DNA of 64,000 nucleotides from Chloroflexota bacterium (GCA_963663275.1 OY760183.1:2720001-2784000), one strand, 5' to 3'; shown: positions 29,307-39,481, counted from the stretch's first letter. Program-made: numbers and translations. The notes: generated from the sequence alone by a model not told the origin.

Positions 29307-30389
29307 ATGGCAGACGCGATCCGCATCGGTGTCATCGGCACCGGTGTTTTTGGCATTAGTCACCTGCGTGTCTTCAAACAGGCGCAGAATGAAGGCCGTA
29401 CCGTGCTGGTGGCGGCGTGCTCGTCCGGGCGCGACCCGGCGCGGGACCAGGAGCGCAAGGATGAATTCGGCATCCCCATCTACACCGACTGGCGCGAGAT
29501 GCTCGATAAAGAGTCGCTCGACGCCGTCACCATCGTCACGCCGGACCACCTCCACCGCGAAATGACCGTCGAGGCCGCCAACCGGGGCCTGCACGTGCTC
29601 GTGGAAAAACCGTTGGATGTCACCAGCGACGGCTGCCGCGCGATTGTGGACGCCTGCCGCGCCAACCAGGTCTTCTTGCAAGTTGACTTCCACAAGCGCT
29701 ACGACCCCTATCACCTGGCCCTGGAACGGCAGTGCAACGACGGCACCTTGGGCGAGGTGCTCTACGGCTACGTGCACATGGAAGACAAGATCGTCGTGCC
29801 GCGCGATTGGTTCCCGCACTGGGCGGGATCGACCAGCCCGGCGTGGTTCCTCGGCGTCCACTTCTACGACCTGGTGCGCTGGTGCATCAAGAAAGAGGCA
29901 ACCCGGGTCTACGCCACCGGCCAGAAGAGAAAGCTGGCGGCGGCGAACATCGATACGTTCGACGCCATCCAGGCCAAGGTAGAGTTCGAGGGCGGCGCCA
30001 GCGTCTTCTTCGACACCGGCTGGGTGCTGCCCGACACCTTCGAGGCCATCGTGAACCAGTCTATCCGCCTGGTCGGCACTGAGGGATTTGCCGAGGTGGA
30101 CAGCCAGAACCGGGGCATGGAAGCGGCAAGCTACAAGGACGGCATGAGGACGTATAACGAGGCCTTCATGCGCGAGGAAGAGGACAAGCACGGCAACGTG
30201 GTCTATCGCGGCTACGGCTACGAGAGTATCCTGGACTTCGTGGACAACCTCGAATTCTTGCATGAAGGCGGCACCATCGAGCAACTGGAAGGCCGCTACC
30301 CCAGCGGTGAGGACGCGCTGGAAGTCACCAAGATTGCGGAGGCGGTCCACAAGAGTATCGAAACCGGCGCGATCGTGTCGCTGAGGTGA
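29307..30389 (+). CDS. Gfo/Idh/MocA oxidoreductase
   Basis: AGGAGG RBS; GVIGTGVFG, VEKP, HKRYDP. Confidence 0.92.
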   Translation: MADAIRIGVIGTGVFGISHLRVFKQAQNEGRTVLVAACSSGRDPARDQERKDEFGIPIYTDWREMLDKESLDAVTIVTPDHLHREMTVEAANRGLHVLVEKPLDVTSDGCRAIVDACRANQVFLQVDFHKRYDPYHLALERQCNDGTLGEVLYGYVHMEDKIVVPRDWFPHWAGSTSPAWFLGVHFYDLVRWCIKKEATRVYATGQKRKLAAANIDTFDAIQAKVEFEGGASVFFDTGWVLPDTFEAIVNQSIRLVGTEGFAEVDSQNRGMEAASYKDGMRTYNEAFMREEEDKHGNVVYRGYGYESILDFVDNLEFLHEGGTIEQLEGRYPSGEDALEVTKIAEAVHKSIETGAIVSLR

Positions 30390-30401
30390 GAGTTACGCGC
30401 C

Positions 30402-30977
30402 ATGGAGCAACTCTTCCCCGGTTTCTATTGTTGGCGCGCGCCGTATCGTCCCGGACGCGAGGCCTACAGCGTCTGGGTGGAAGGCGAGAGCGAGAACGTC
30501 CTCATCGACCCGTTTACGCCGGAAGACGGCCTCAGCCAATTCAGCCATCCGAGCAAGTCCATCATCGTGCTGCTGACCAACGCCAACCACGAGCGTGACG
30601 CCTCCTCGTTCAAGCTGGCGTTGCGGGCGGAGATCTGGGCGCCGGAGGCGGCGCTGGGCGACCTGGACCAAACGCCCGACCGCGTCTATAGCAGCGAAGA
30701 AGACCTGCCGTGCGGCATCCGGGCCTTTCACCTGGAAGGCTCGCACTCGCCGGGCGAAACCGCCCTGCTCGTGCCGCGCGGCCCCGGCGTGCTGGTCATC
30801 GGCGATGGCCTGGTGGCGCGTCCCGATGAGGATTGGCGCGTCTTTCAGGAGCACGAACGCGCCGCCCTGGAGCCCTTGCGGGAACTGGCGTTCGATGCCC
30901 TCGTTACGTCCCACGGCGCGCCGGTGCCCTCCGGCGCAAAGGCAGGCCTAGTCGCATTTCTAGAGGTGCAGAGTTGA
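30402..30977 (+). CDS. Metallo-beta-lactamase fold protein with atypical metal motif
   Basis: LIDP, LTNANHERD, HSPG, GD, SHG. Confidence 0.75.
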   Translation: MEQLFPGFYCWRAPYRPGREAYSVWVEGESENVLIDPFTPEDGLSQFSHPSKSIIVLLTNANHERDASSFKLALRAEIWAPEAALGDLDQTPDRVYSSEEDLPCGIRAFHLEGSHSPGETALLVPRGPGVLVIGDGLVARPDEDWRVFQEHERAALEPLRELAFDALVTSHGAPVPSGAKAGLVAFLEVQS

Positions 30978-31153
30978 AACCGCTATCAAGTTGCAGTGTT
31001 AGAAGGGTATTCAACCCCGTCTGTTGACCGAAAACTACGCTAAACTATGGTAACTTCCCTAATTTTGCTATAAATGAGTGGTGGTGAATAACGCTCCACA
31101 TCAAGCGTCACATTCAGTTTACCAAGCGACAACCGTCACAGGAGGAGAATACA

Positions 31154-32503
31154 GTGAAGACCAGCGCCCGATTGCGCGGCCCGATTATCAACACCGAGTT
31201 GCCCGGCCCGCGCTCGCGCGAGATCAAGGAAATCTCCGAGCAATACGAGCCCAACGCTTCCAGCGAGCAAGTGCCGATCGTGTGGAAGAGCGCGGAGGGC
31301 GTGTGGGCGACCGACATGGACGACAACACGTTCCTGGACTTCACCAGCGGCGTGCTCGTCGCCAACGCCGGACACAGCCACCCCCGCCTGGTGCGCGCCA
31401 TGCGGGAGCAGGCGGAGCGCGCGGTAAACACGTACGACTTTCTCAACGAATGGCGGCCGCAGCTTGCCAGGAAACTGGTCGAAATCACGCCGCCGAATCT
31501 CTCCCGCGCCATCGTGCTCTCCACCGGCGCGGAAACGATTGAAACGGCCATGAAGATCGCGCGCCTCTACACCGGCAAGCACGAAATCGTGGCCTTCCAC
31601 GGCGCGTTCCATGGCCGCACCTTTGGCGCTATGTCGGTAAACGGCAAGCGTTCCAGCCCGGGCATTAAAGGGTTTGGGCCGTTCCTGCCCGGCGTTGTAT
31701 TCGCGCCGTTCCCCTATCCTTACCGCAGCATCCTCTGCCGCGGCCATGAAGACGAGTGCAGCGAACGCAGCTTCGAGTACTTCAAGTGGATCATCGAGAC
31801 GGAATCCGAGAAAGACATCGCCGCCGTGCTGGTTGAAACCTATCAAGGCTCGGCCGGTTCGATCATCGCCCCCAAGGATTGGCTGCAGATGATCGCGCAA
31901 TGGTGCCAAGAAAACGGCGCGGTGCTCATCATCGACGAGGTGCAGGCATCGTTCGGACGCACCGGCAAGCTCTTCGGCTTCGAGCACTACGGCATCGAGC
32001 CGAACCTGCTCTGCCTCGGCAAGGGCATCTCGTCCACCGTGCCGGTTTCGGCGGTCGTGGGCGAAGAAGACATCATGAGCGTGTTGACACCGGGTTCCGT
32101 TTCCAGCACCCACGGCGGCAACGCCTTTTCCAGCCGCGTGGCGCTGGAGAACATCAACGTGATTCTGGAGGAGAACCTCTCCGACAACGCGGCCCATATC
32201 GGCGCGATGCTCGACCGGCGTTTCCGTGAGATGCAAGACAAGTATCCCGTCATCGGCGAGGTGCGAGGCCTCGGCCTGGTCTTCGGCATCGAGTTCGTCA
32301 AAGACCCCGACACCCGCGAACCCGCGCCCGAACTGACGCAGGCCATCATCGACGAAGCCTTCAAGCGCGGCATCGTGATGATTGCGCCCATCGGCTTCCA
32401 CGGCAACGTGATTCGCATCGCCCCGCCGCTGGTCATCACCGAGGAAGAGGCGCTGCTGGGGGCCGACCTCTTCGAAGAAGCAATCGCGGCCGCGGTCGGT
32501 TAG
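31154..32503 (+). CDS. Class III PLP aminotransferase (GabT-like)
   Basis: AFHGRT, DEVQASFGRTG, LGKG, THGGN. Confidence 0.92.
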   Translation: MKTSARLRGPIINTELPGPRSREIKEISEQYEPNASSEQVPIVWKSAEGVWATDMDDNTFLDFTSGVLVANAGHSHPRLVRAMREQAERAVNTYDFLNEWRPQLARKLVEITPPNLSRAIVLSTGAETIETAMKIARLYTGKHEIVAFHGAFHGRTFGAMSVNGKRSSPGIKGFGPFLPGVVFAPFPYPYRSILCRGHEDECSERSFEYFKWIIETESEKDIAAVLVETYQGSAGSIIAPKDWLQMIAQWCQENGAVLIIDEVQASFGRTGKLFGFEHYGIEPNLLCLGKGISSTVPVSAVVGEEDIMSVLTPGSVSSTHGGNAFSSRVALENINVILEENLSDNAAHIGAMLDRRFREMQDKYPVIGEVRGLGLVFGIEFVKDPDTREPAPELTQAIIDEAFKRGIVMIAPIGFHGNVIRIAPPLVITEEEALLGADLFEEAIAAAVG

Positions 32504-32738
32504 ATCTGTGTCTCGTCTTGCGGGCGTGTAACCAGCGTCCTGATGTTTGCGCCATTACTTGACTCTTGCTGGTGTGAACTCCGGGCCAATATGAACACCG
32601 TTCGTGGTGGGTGGGCTTCGCGGAGCCCTTGTCGATTCATGAAGGTAAGGGGTAGACTTCACGCAAACAACCACTCTGCTTGCGCGAAGTTTGGGAGACT
32701 AGTGTCCTCTCTCAATAGGCTCGAAAGGGGCTAACCGC

Positions 32739-33161
32739 ATGTCCGACCTGTTCGTCACCGATCTGAACTACCTGGCAATCCTGGTAGCGGGCATCTCCAA
32801 CATGGTGTTGGGGTTCTTGTGGTACGGGCCGCTCTTTGGCAAAGCCTGGATGGCATTGCGGGGCATAAACCCGGAGGAAACGAACCCAAACCCACTCATC
32901 TACGTCGTTTCCTTCTTGCTCTCATTGCTCATGGCGCTCGTCCTCTCAGTCTTCATCCACCACGTAGATTCCAGCATTCAGGCCATGGGGCTTGTTCTCG
33001 GTCTCTTGGTCGCTCTTCTGATTTGGGTTGGCTTCGTTGGACCGGCGACGTTTCAGAACAACATGTACTCAGGCATTTCGAAGAAACTCTACGCCATCGA
33101 CTACGGTTACGTGCTCGTTGCCTTGCTGATTCAAGGCGCGATTGTTGGCGTGTGGCGCTAA
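32739..33161 (+). CDS. DUF1761 membrane protein
   Basis: LGFLWYGPLFGKAW; four TM helices; IDYGY. Confidence 0.82.
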   Translation: MSDLFVTDLNYLAILVAGISNMVLGFLWYGPLFGKAWMALRGINPEETNPNPLIYVVSFLLSLLMALVLSVFIHHVDSSIQAMGLVLGLLVALLIWVGFVGPATFQNNMYSGISKKLYAIDYGYVLVALLIQGAIVGVWR

Positions 33162-33300
33162 GGCGATAGCTGGCCTATTGCAGGTGCGCCCCATTATGCG
33201 CCTGGCGCAAACGAGAGACCATAGTGTGCAGCGCAATTCTGTTTCGGTCTTGCATCGCTCCGTTGCATGAAACTACCCACACTTTAGGAGTAGCAAGCAG

Positions 33301-34989
33301 ATGGCCAAGATGAGTGGGGGCGAAGCCCTTGTCAGGTCACTCGTTCGTGAGGGAGTCGAAGTAATCTTCGGAATCCCCGGTATACACATGTCCGGGATCA
33401 TCGCCGCCCTGCGAGACGAGCCGGCCATCCGCATGATCACCACGCGCCACGAAGCCGGCGCGGCCCACATGGCCGACGGCTATGCGCGCGCCTCAGGCAA
33501 ACCGGGCGTAGTTCTCGTGGTACCGGGAGCGGGCCTCTGCAATGCCGCCTCCGGCCTCGCCACGGCGTATGCCCGTTCCTCGCCGGTCCTTGCCATTGCC
33601 GGCCAGATTCCGCGCGGTCAGATGGGTAAGAACCTCGAGGTCTATCATGAAGTCGCAGATCAAGCCTCGGTCGTCCGTCCCGTCACCAAGTGGCAGCGGC
33701 AGGCGCTGACGCCGAGAGAAATCCCGGACGCCGTGTGCGAAGCGTTCAGGCAGATGCGTACCGGCCGTCCCCGCCCCGTGCTTCTCGATATACCTCCCGA
33801 GGCCGGCGTAGAGCGCGATGAAGTCACGTTGCGGCGTCCGGCGAAGTTTTCACGAATTGTGCCAAGCCAAGAAAACCTGCGGGAAGCCGCTCAGATCATT
33901 GCCCAATCTGAACTGCCTCTCATATTCGCGGGCGGCGGCGTGGCGCTCTCCGGCGCGGAAGAGGCCCTCATTGCACTGGTCGAGGCAACGAACATACCCG
34001 TAGTCACCTCCAGTGGCGGCAAGGGGGCCATTCCGGACCGCCATCCGCTGTGCTACGGCGCGTGTCTCAGCCCCGCCGGGGAGAGACCCGAAATGAATCA
34101 GCTCTTCGACGTCATGCAGTCTGCTGACGTAGTGATTGGCATTGGCGCGCGTTTTTCGCTGGGTAATCCGGCCGGTGAGGCGTCCACGTTGGTGAATATC
34201 AATATCGACGACTCCGAACTTACGAAAGTCCAATCCAACACTATTCCATTGCATGGCGATGCCAGAGCAACCGTTGAAGCGCTGCTCCCTTTCCTCATCG
34301 AAGCCGGTGCGGGGGATCGCTCGTCGCCCGCCGAAGCGGTCAGCGCGGCGCGCCGCCTCATCGCCTATCACGACATCAGACTCAAAGAACCGCAGTATCC
34401 CATTCTGGATACAATGCGCAACAGCATTCCGGAAGACACGTTCGTCGTTTGGGACAGCACGAAGTTTGGCTACTATGCCCGCACCCACTACCAGGTAAAC
34501 CATCCCAAGACGTTTATGGATTCCGGCTATTCATTCAACCTCGGTTTTTCCTTCCCGGCGGCGCTCGGCGTGAAAGTAGCCGAACCCGACCGTCCCGTGG
34601 TGAGCGTCATTGGAGACGGCGGCTTCATGTTCAACTCCCCTGAACTCTCCACTGCGGTCAGGTATGGAATCAACACGGCAACCATCGTCTTTCGAGACGA
34701 TTCTTACGGCAACGTTGCTTTCGACTTGGACGAGTTCTTCGACGGCACGTACGAGACCGGCTTGCACAATCCGGACCTCGTCACGTTCGCCGAGTCGTTC
34801 GGCGCACTCGGCATGAGGGCCCACGACCCTATGGAGCTCGAAACACTGCTGCCACAAGCTCTGGGTTGCCATGCTCCGGTAGTAATTGACGTACCGGTCG
34901 GCGACATGCCGTTGCCCCGCGCGAAGCTGCAAGCGCATCTCCCTTCTGTGCCCTGGGTCGTGCCCCAGGAAGGGTTGATACAGCCTTAG
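33301..34989 (+). CDS. Thiamine-diphosphate enzyme (acetolactate synthase large subunit-like)
   Basis: FGIPG, RHE...HMADGYAR, GDGGFMF; stop codon overlaps the end of a MITE. Confidence 0.88.
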   Translation: MAKMSGGEALVRSLVREGVEVIFGIPGIHMSGIIAALRDEPAIRMITTRHEAGAAHMADGYARASGKPGVVLVVPGAGLCNAASGLATAYARSSPVLAIAGQIPRGQMGKNLEVYHEVADQASVVRPVTKWQRQALTPREIPDAVCEAFRQMRTGRPRPVLLDIPPEAGVERDEVTLRRPAKFSRIVPSQENLREAAQIIAQSELPLIFAGGGVALSGAEEALIALVEATNIPVVTSSGGKGAIPDRHPLCYGACLSPAGERPEMNQLFDVMQSADVVIGIGARFSLGNPAGEASTLVNINIDDSELTKVQSNTIPLHGDARATVEALLPFLIEAGAGDRSSPAEAVSAARRLIAYHDIRLKEPQYPILDTMRNSIPEDTFVVWDSTKFGYYARTHYQVNHPKTFMDSGYSFNLGFSFPAALGVKVAEPDRPVVSVIGDGGFMFNSPELSTAVRYGINTATIVFRDDSYGNVAFDLDEFFDGTYETGLHNPDLVTFAESFGALGMRAHDPMELETLLPQALGCHAPVVIDVPVGDMPLPRAKLQAHLPSVPWVVPQEGLIQP

Positions 34990-35161
34990 AGCCTGTTTAC
35001 GATCTTTCTGTCTGCACGAGGAACGTTCGCCCTGAGCCGCGTCGAAGGGTGAACGGAACCACCGCAAGGTTGCATATAGCCGTTCATGCTTCGACAGGCT
35101 CAGCACGAACGGTCTTTATCGGCTTTGCTAACTCCCTCATAAGCAGATAGTAAACAGGTTC
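34989..35161. mobile_element. MITE-D (173 bp) with TTA duplication, carrying an inverted GTTC..GAAC hairpin doublet
   Basis: TTA|GAGCCTGTTTACGATCT ... AGATAGTAAACAGGTTC|TTA. Confidence 0.78.
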
Positions 35162-35204
35162 TTAAGGGGTTGCCCAAAGACATTGCTTGAGCGCCCCTAC
35201 CTTG

Positions 35205-35426
35205 GGAGACCTTTGCAGAAGCCCTTCCCCATCGAGGGCTGACAGGGGTATGTACTCCACAACCGACTTCACGTGTCATTCCGAACGAAGCGTGGCGGAG
35301 TGAGGAATCTAAGGCTCAGCCCTGCAAAGTCAGCGTTTCTAGATTCCTCGCTGCGCTCGGAATGACATTTGAATGCCCTTGTCAGCCCATTGAGGGGGAA
35401 GGTTGGGATGGGGGTGAAAGGGCTTG
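35205..35426. mobile_element. Partial MITE-A with MITE-B (35236-35388) inserted in its hairpin loop
   Basis: Left TIR GGAGACCTTTGC; CCTTCCCC-ATCGA-[GGGCTGACAGGGG...CCCTTGTCAGCCC]-ATTGA-GGGGGAAGG; the uninterrupted site is visible at 7821-7842. Confidence 0.82.
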
Positions 35427-35582
35427 CAATTTGGTTATCTTTAATTGCAAGTGCGGCTTGGGCGCACTTTCTTGGCGCTGATGCGCAGGGCATCGGTTCA
35501 ACGGCTGGAGCCCGCTTCAATGCAGTGAGTTGCGCCAGCGGAGAGCCGGCGCGGCGCTCAGGCCCATGGTTAGCTGCCAGCG

Positions 35583-37127
35583 CTATTCGCGGAGGGCCTT
35601 CATTACCAGTGGAATCTCGTCGAGCAGGTCTGAAGCCAACAGCCCGCTTTCCCCTAGGCGAGACCGCACCTGTTCGCCGGCCTCCCCGTGAATGAAGGCG
35701 CTCGCCGCCGCCGCCGCGTAGGGCGCAACGCCCTGCGCCAGCAGGCCGGCGGTGATGCCCGCCAGCACGTCGCCGGTGCCGGCGGTCGCCAGCGCCGGAT
35801 TGCGGTGCGGGTTGATGGCGGTCGCGCCGTCGGGCGCCGCGACGATGCTCGGCGCGCCCTTGGCAAGCATGACCGCTCCCCACGCCGCCGCGCATTGCGG
35901 CGCGAGTTGCAGCCGGTGCGCGTCCACGTCCGCCGCCGTTTGCCGCAGCAGGCGGCCCAGTTCTCCGGCGTGAGGGGTGAGAATTGCGTCGGGCGGCAGC
36001 GCGGCTCTTAAGTCAAGCTCCGCAAGGGCATTGATGCCGTCGGCGTCGAGCGCCAGCGGCGGGGCGTCCGGCGCGTTGCGGAGTTCGTCCACAAGCCCGC
36101 GCACGCACGCGAACGTCTCCGGCGCGTTGCCCAGGCCGCAGCCCACTAGCAGAGCGCGGTACTGCGGCAGCGCATCCACAACCGGCTCCAGTGATGCCGG
36201 TGTAAGTTGGCCGTCCGCGTCGGGGAGCGGCAGGAAGGTGCATTCCGTCGCTTTGGCCGCCACCATGGGATGGATCGAGGCTGGCAGCGCCAGCGTGACC
36301 AGACCCGCGCCGGCACGCGCCGCAGCCGCCGCGCTCAGATAGGCCGCGCCGACGTAACGGCGCGAGCCGGCCACGATCAGCGCCCGGCCAAACGTGCCTT
36401 TGTGTGCATTTGCGGGACGAGCCGGCAGCAAGTCCCGCGCCAACGCGGGCGTGGTCCGCTGGAGCGGCAGAGACCCCGCCCACTCCGGCGGCAAGCCAAT
36501 GTCCGCGACGTGCACCGCACCGGCGCAATCCGCGCCCTCGCCCACAAAGCACCCGGGTTTGGCCAGGCCCGTGGCCAACGTGATGTGCGCCTGAAACGCC
36601 CGCGCGTCCGCCGCGCCGGTATCCGCGTCGATCCCGCTGGGAATGTCCACGGCTACCCGCAGCGCCTCTGGAGTCAGGTATTCTTGCAGCACGGTGAGCA
36701 CATCCAAAGCGTTGCCCCGCAGCGGCGGCGCGGCGCCGGTTCCCAGCAGCGCGTCCAGCACGCAGTCCGCCTCCGCCAGCCACTGCTTGAGATTTCGTGT
36801 GCTGTCGTCCTCGCCGTGGACTGCCACCGGAATGCCGACGGACCGTGCGCGCGCGAGATTGCGGTCGCCGCCGCGGTCGCGGGTGAGGTAGACGAACGGC
36901 TCAATACCGGCCCGCCGCAAGTGATAGGCGGCCACCAGGCCGTCGCCGCCGTTGTTGCCCGATCCGGCGAGAACGACCACGCGCTTGCCCGCGCAAAGCC
37001 GCCCCTCTTGCCGGAGCAGCGCGGCGACGTTGTAGCCGGCCAACTCCATGAGGGTAGGCTCATCCATGCCGATGGCAACGGCGTCGGCTTCCAACCGGCG
37101 CATGGCCGCGGTGTGGGCTAACTTCAC
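35583..37127 (-). CDS. nnr: Bifunctional NAD(P)HX epimerase/dehydratase
   Basis: LMELAG, GNNGGDG, DIPSG, HKGTFG, TPHAGE, ATAGTGDVL; GTG 37127 behind GAGGAG. Confidence 0.93.
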   Translation of the reverse strand: MKLAHTAAMRRLEADAVAIGMDEPTLMELAGYNVAALLRQEGRLCAGKRVVVLAGSGNNGGDGLVAAYHLRRAGIEPFVYLTRDRGGDRNLARARSVGIPVAVHGEDDSTRNLKQWLAEADCVLDALLGTGAAPPLRGNALDVLTVLQEYLTPEALRVAVDIPSGIDADTGAADARAFQAHITLATGLAKPGCFVGEGADCAGAVHVADIGLPPEWAGSLPLQRTTPALARDLLPARPANAHKGTFGRALIVAGSRRYVGAAYLSAAAAARAGAGLVTLALPASIHPMVAAKATECTFLPLPDADGQLTPASLEPVVDALPQYRALLVGCGLGNAPETFACVRGLVDELRNAPDAPPLALDADGINALAELDLRAALPPDAILTPHAGELGRLLRQTAADVDAHRLQLAPQCAAAWGAVMLAKGAPSIVAAPDGATAINPHRNPALATAGTGDVLAGITAGLLAQGVAPYAAAAASAFIHGEAGEQVRSRLGESGLLASDLLDEIPLVMKALRE

Positions 37128-37191
37128 TTCTGCGCTCCTCAACGCCTAGTCCGCAAGCGTCCTGTCCGGTTACAGATTATTTGCAATTTCA

Positions 37192-37252
37192 GGTAGCGCA
37201 GGTTTCCAACCTGCGCCCTCTGTCATCGGCGGGGGACAAGCCCCCGCGCTAC
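37192..37252. repeat. GTAG-type REP-like palindrome pair
   Basis: GTAGCGCAGGTTTCCAACCTGCG and GGGGACAAGCCCCCGCGCTAC; same units near 9050, 50115-50440 and 52440-52600. Confidence 0.7.
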
Positions 37253-37300
37253 GGGAATTGACTTTCATGTGGCAAAGGGTCGTCAACCGGATTCTGGCGC

Positions 37301-38200
37301 TCAGGTCGCCACGACAACCGCCGTGGCGAAGTCGCGGCTATGGCTCAGACTGATGGCAAAGTGCCGCAAGTTGAGCGCCCGCGCCCGCGCCGCCGCCGCG
37401 CCGTGCAAGTAGACCAGCGGTTTGCCGCGCATATCCGGCAGAATTTCCATCTCCCGCCAGCGGATGCCCCAGATGCCGGTGCCCAGGGCTTTCGACACCG
37501 CCTCTTTTGCCGCGAAGCGCGCCGCCAACTCCGGGACTCGTCCCCGGTAGAGCGTCCGCTCCGCCTCCGTATAGACCCGGTGGAGAAAGCGCTCGCCGTA
37601 GCGTTCGACCACCCGGGCAATCCGCTCAATCTCGATTATGTCAACACCTGTGCTCGGCCCGCCCGCAGCCGGCAGCAGGCTCGATTCCCCCGCTCCGGCA
37701 GGCGCCGGGCGAATCAACCCCTTGCCTGCGGTCGTATGCGCCGCAATCTCCTCCGCAATCGCCTCGGCGTCATCCCGGCGAGACTCCAGAATCAAGGCGC
37801 GCCGCAGGATGCCCTGCGACCGATCGGGTCTGCGCAAGAGAAAGAGATAGAGCGGGGTCGTCAGTAGCTCGAACGCAACCAGCAGCGCGGACACGTCTTC
37901 CGGCCGGGGCAGGAGAACGACACTCGTGCCGCCGCCGGCGGCAATCCGCTGGGCGCTGGCCGCCAGAGTCCCCGCCAGCCACGGCGCGCGCGGCGAGGTC
38001 AATGCCGCCGGGTCGCTGCCCGCGTCCTGAGCGCCGCCGCCGTTCGACGCACCGACCGGGGCAAAGTAGTCAGCCCGCAACACCGCCGCGCGCGGAAAAC
38101 TCGAGGCCAGCGCGCGGCCAAAGCGCGCGCCCGCGGCGGCGTCCGGCACGAGGCCCCCGTCTGTGACAAACTCGGAGTCGCCGGCCAAGACGATGATCAT
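37301..38200 (-). CDS. acpS: Holo-ACP synthase with an unrecognised N-terminal region of about 180 aa
   Basis: C-terminal GVDIIEIERI, RFAAKEAVSKALGTG, GKP, SLSHS; ATGA overlap with the upstream gene. Confidence 0.82.
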   Translation of the reverse strand: MIIVLAGDSEFVTDGGLVPDAAAGARFGRALASSFPRAAVLRADYFAPVGASNGGGAQDAGSDPAALTSPRAPWLAGTLAASAQRIAAGGGTSVVLLPRPEDVSALLVAFELLTTPLYLFLLRRPDRSQGILRRALILESRRDDAEAIAEEIAAHTTAGKGLIRPAPAGAGESSLLPAAGGPSTGVDIIEIERIARVVERYGERFLHRVYTEAERTLYRGRVPELAARFAAKEAVSKALGTGIWGIRWREMEILPDMRGKPLVYLHGAAAARARALNLRHFAISLSHSRDFATAVVVAT

Positions 38201-39480
38201 TCGCCCACCAGGCTTATCTTCTGAATCGCACCCTCAAACGACCAACCGGCGGCCGCGACCTCGATGGTGTGTATGAACGTCGGCCGCGGCGTCAGTTGCA
38301 GTAGATCGATCTCGTACACATACCAGGCGTCTTGCGGCGCCAGTGTCGCGTGCTTCGTCGAGTAGCGCTCGTCCGTGGGCGCGTCGTAGTAGAAGCCGTG
38401 GTACCAGAGCGTTTCGCCGCCGGTAATGTCCCGGAAGCTGACGCGCACCATGATGGGATACTCGGACCCGGCCGTGCCGCCGCCGGGCAGGCTCTGGTAG
38501 ACCGCCTTTACCCGCACCGCCAGGATCAACTCCTCGAAATCCCACACGTCGCGGTTGATGTGCTGCACCAGCACGGTCTCGCCGGGGCCTTCTCCCGCGC
38601 GCGTGAGAAAGACGCCGTCCGGATGCGGCGTGACGATGCCCTTGGGCTGGCGCTCGGACCGATCTTCCTTCCGCCAGATGTCGTTCCAATCCGGCGCCAG
38701 CGCGGTAAAGTCTCCCATCTCGATTAAGTCCTGCGCGGCCGGCAGCGGCGCCGCCGGCAAGCGGCCGTCTTTGGTCGTCACCCGTTCCCGCTTGGAAAGC
38801 GCGACGACCCTCTCGCCATCGGTCACTTCCGCGTTGCCCAAGCGCGCGACCAGCGAACCGCGAAACTCCGCTTCCGTTTCGCTCCCTCGTTCGCGAGAGG
38901 CGGCGTTGACCTCAACGGCAAAGCTGCCCTCTTGCAGCGCGGCGGCAAACGCCGGTGTGCGCACGCGGAACACGCGCTTTTCAGGTGAAACGACCGGCGC
39001 GACGCCGATGCGGGTCTTGCCCCTGCTCTGCTCCAGCGTAATCTGCATCGTTTCCGGCCGGTAGCGCACAAAGTTCGACGCCACCAGCGTCAGTTCGGTA
39101 TCCGGATACATCAAGACGGTGCTGTCATCCGGCAGCGTGAGAAACGCGCGGGAGGACTCGTGTGTGCTGATGCTGTCCCCGGGATTGAGTTGCGTCGTCC
39201 CGGCGCGCACGACCCAATTGGGAGAACCGGCCGCGAGCACGTAGACCTGGCCGCTAATCACGAGCACCGGCGCCGGGGCGTCCTGCCGCACGCGCTCGAT
39301 CGCCCAGGTAACGGTGCGCGGAATCGCTACCACCAGGAGCATGAAGAGAACGAACCCCGCGACCAGCGTGGCCCACGCCAACCGCTGCAAGCCGCGGTAT
39401 TGCTGATGCGCGGCCTGCGACGACGCCAGCCCATTTTGGCTGCCGGTCTCAGTCACGTGTGCGGCGTCGTGTCGCTCCAT
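38197..39480 (-). CDS. Single-pass membrane protein with FecR-like domain and C-terminal beta-sandwich
   Basis: TM helix, then GDSIST...AFLTLPDDSTVLMYPDTEL and FRVRTP..GSFAV FecR-like pattern. Confidence 0.65.
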   Translation of the reverse strand: MERHDAAHVTETGSQNGLASSQAAHQQYRGLQRLAWATLVAGFVLFMLLVVAIPRTVTWAIERVRQDAPAPVLVISGQVYVLAAGSPNWVVRAGTTQLNPGDSISTHESSRAFLTLPDDSTVLMYPDTELTLVASNFVRYRPETMQITLEQSRGKTRIGVAPVVSPEKRVFRVRTPAFAAALQEGSFAVEVNAASRERGSETEAEFRGSLVARLGNAEVTDGERVVALSKRERVTTKDGRLPAAPLPAAQDLIEMGDFTALAPDWNDIWRKEDRSERQPKGIVTPHPDGVFLTRAGEGPGETVLVQHINRDVWDFEELILAVRVKAVYQSLPGGGTAGSEYPIMVRVSFRDITGGETLWYHGFYYDAPTDERYSTKHATLAPQDAWYVYEIDLLQLTPRPTFIHTIEVAAAGWSFEGAIQKISLVGE

Positions 39481-39481
39481 G

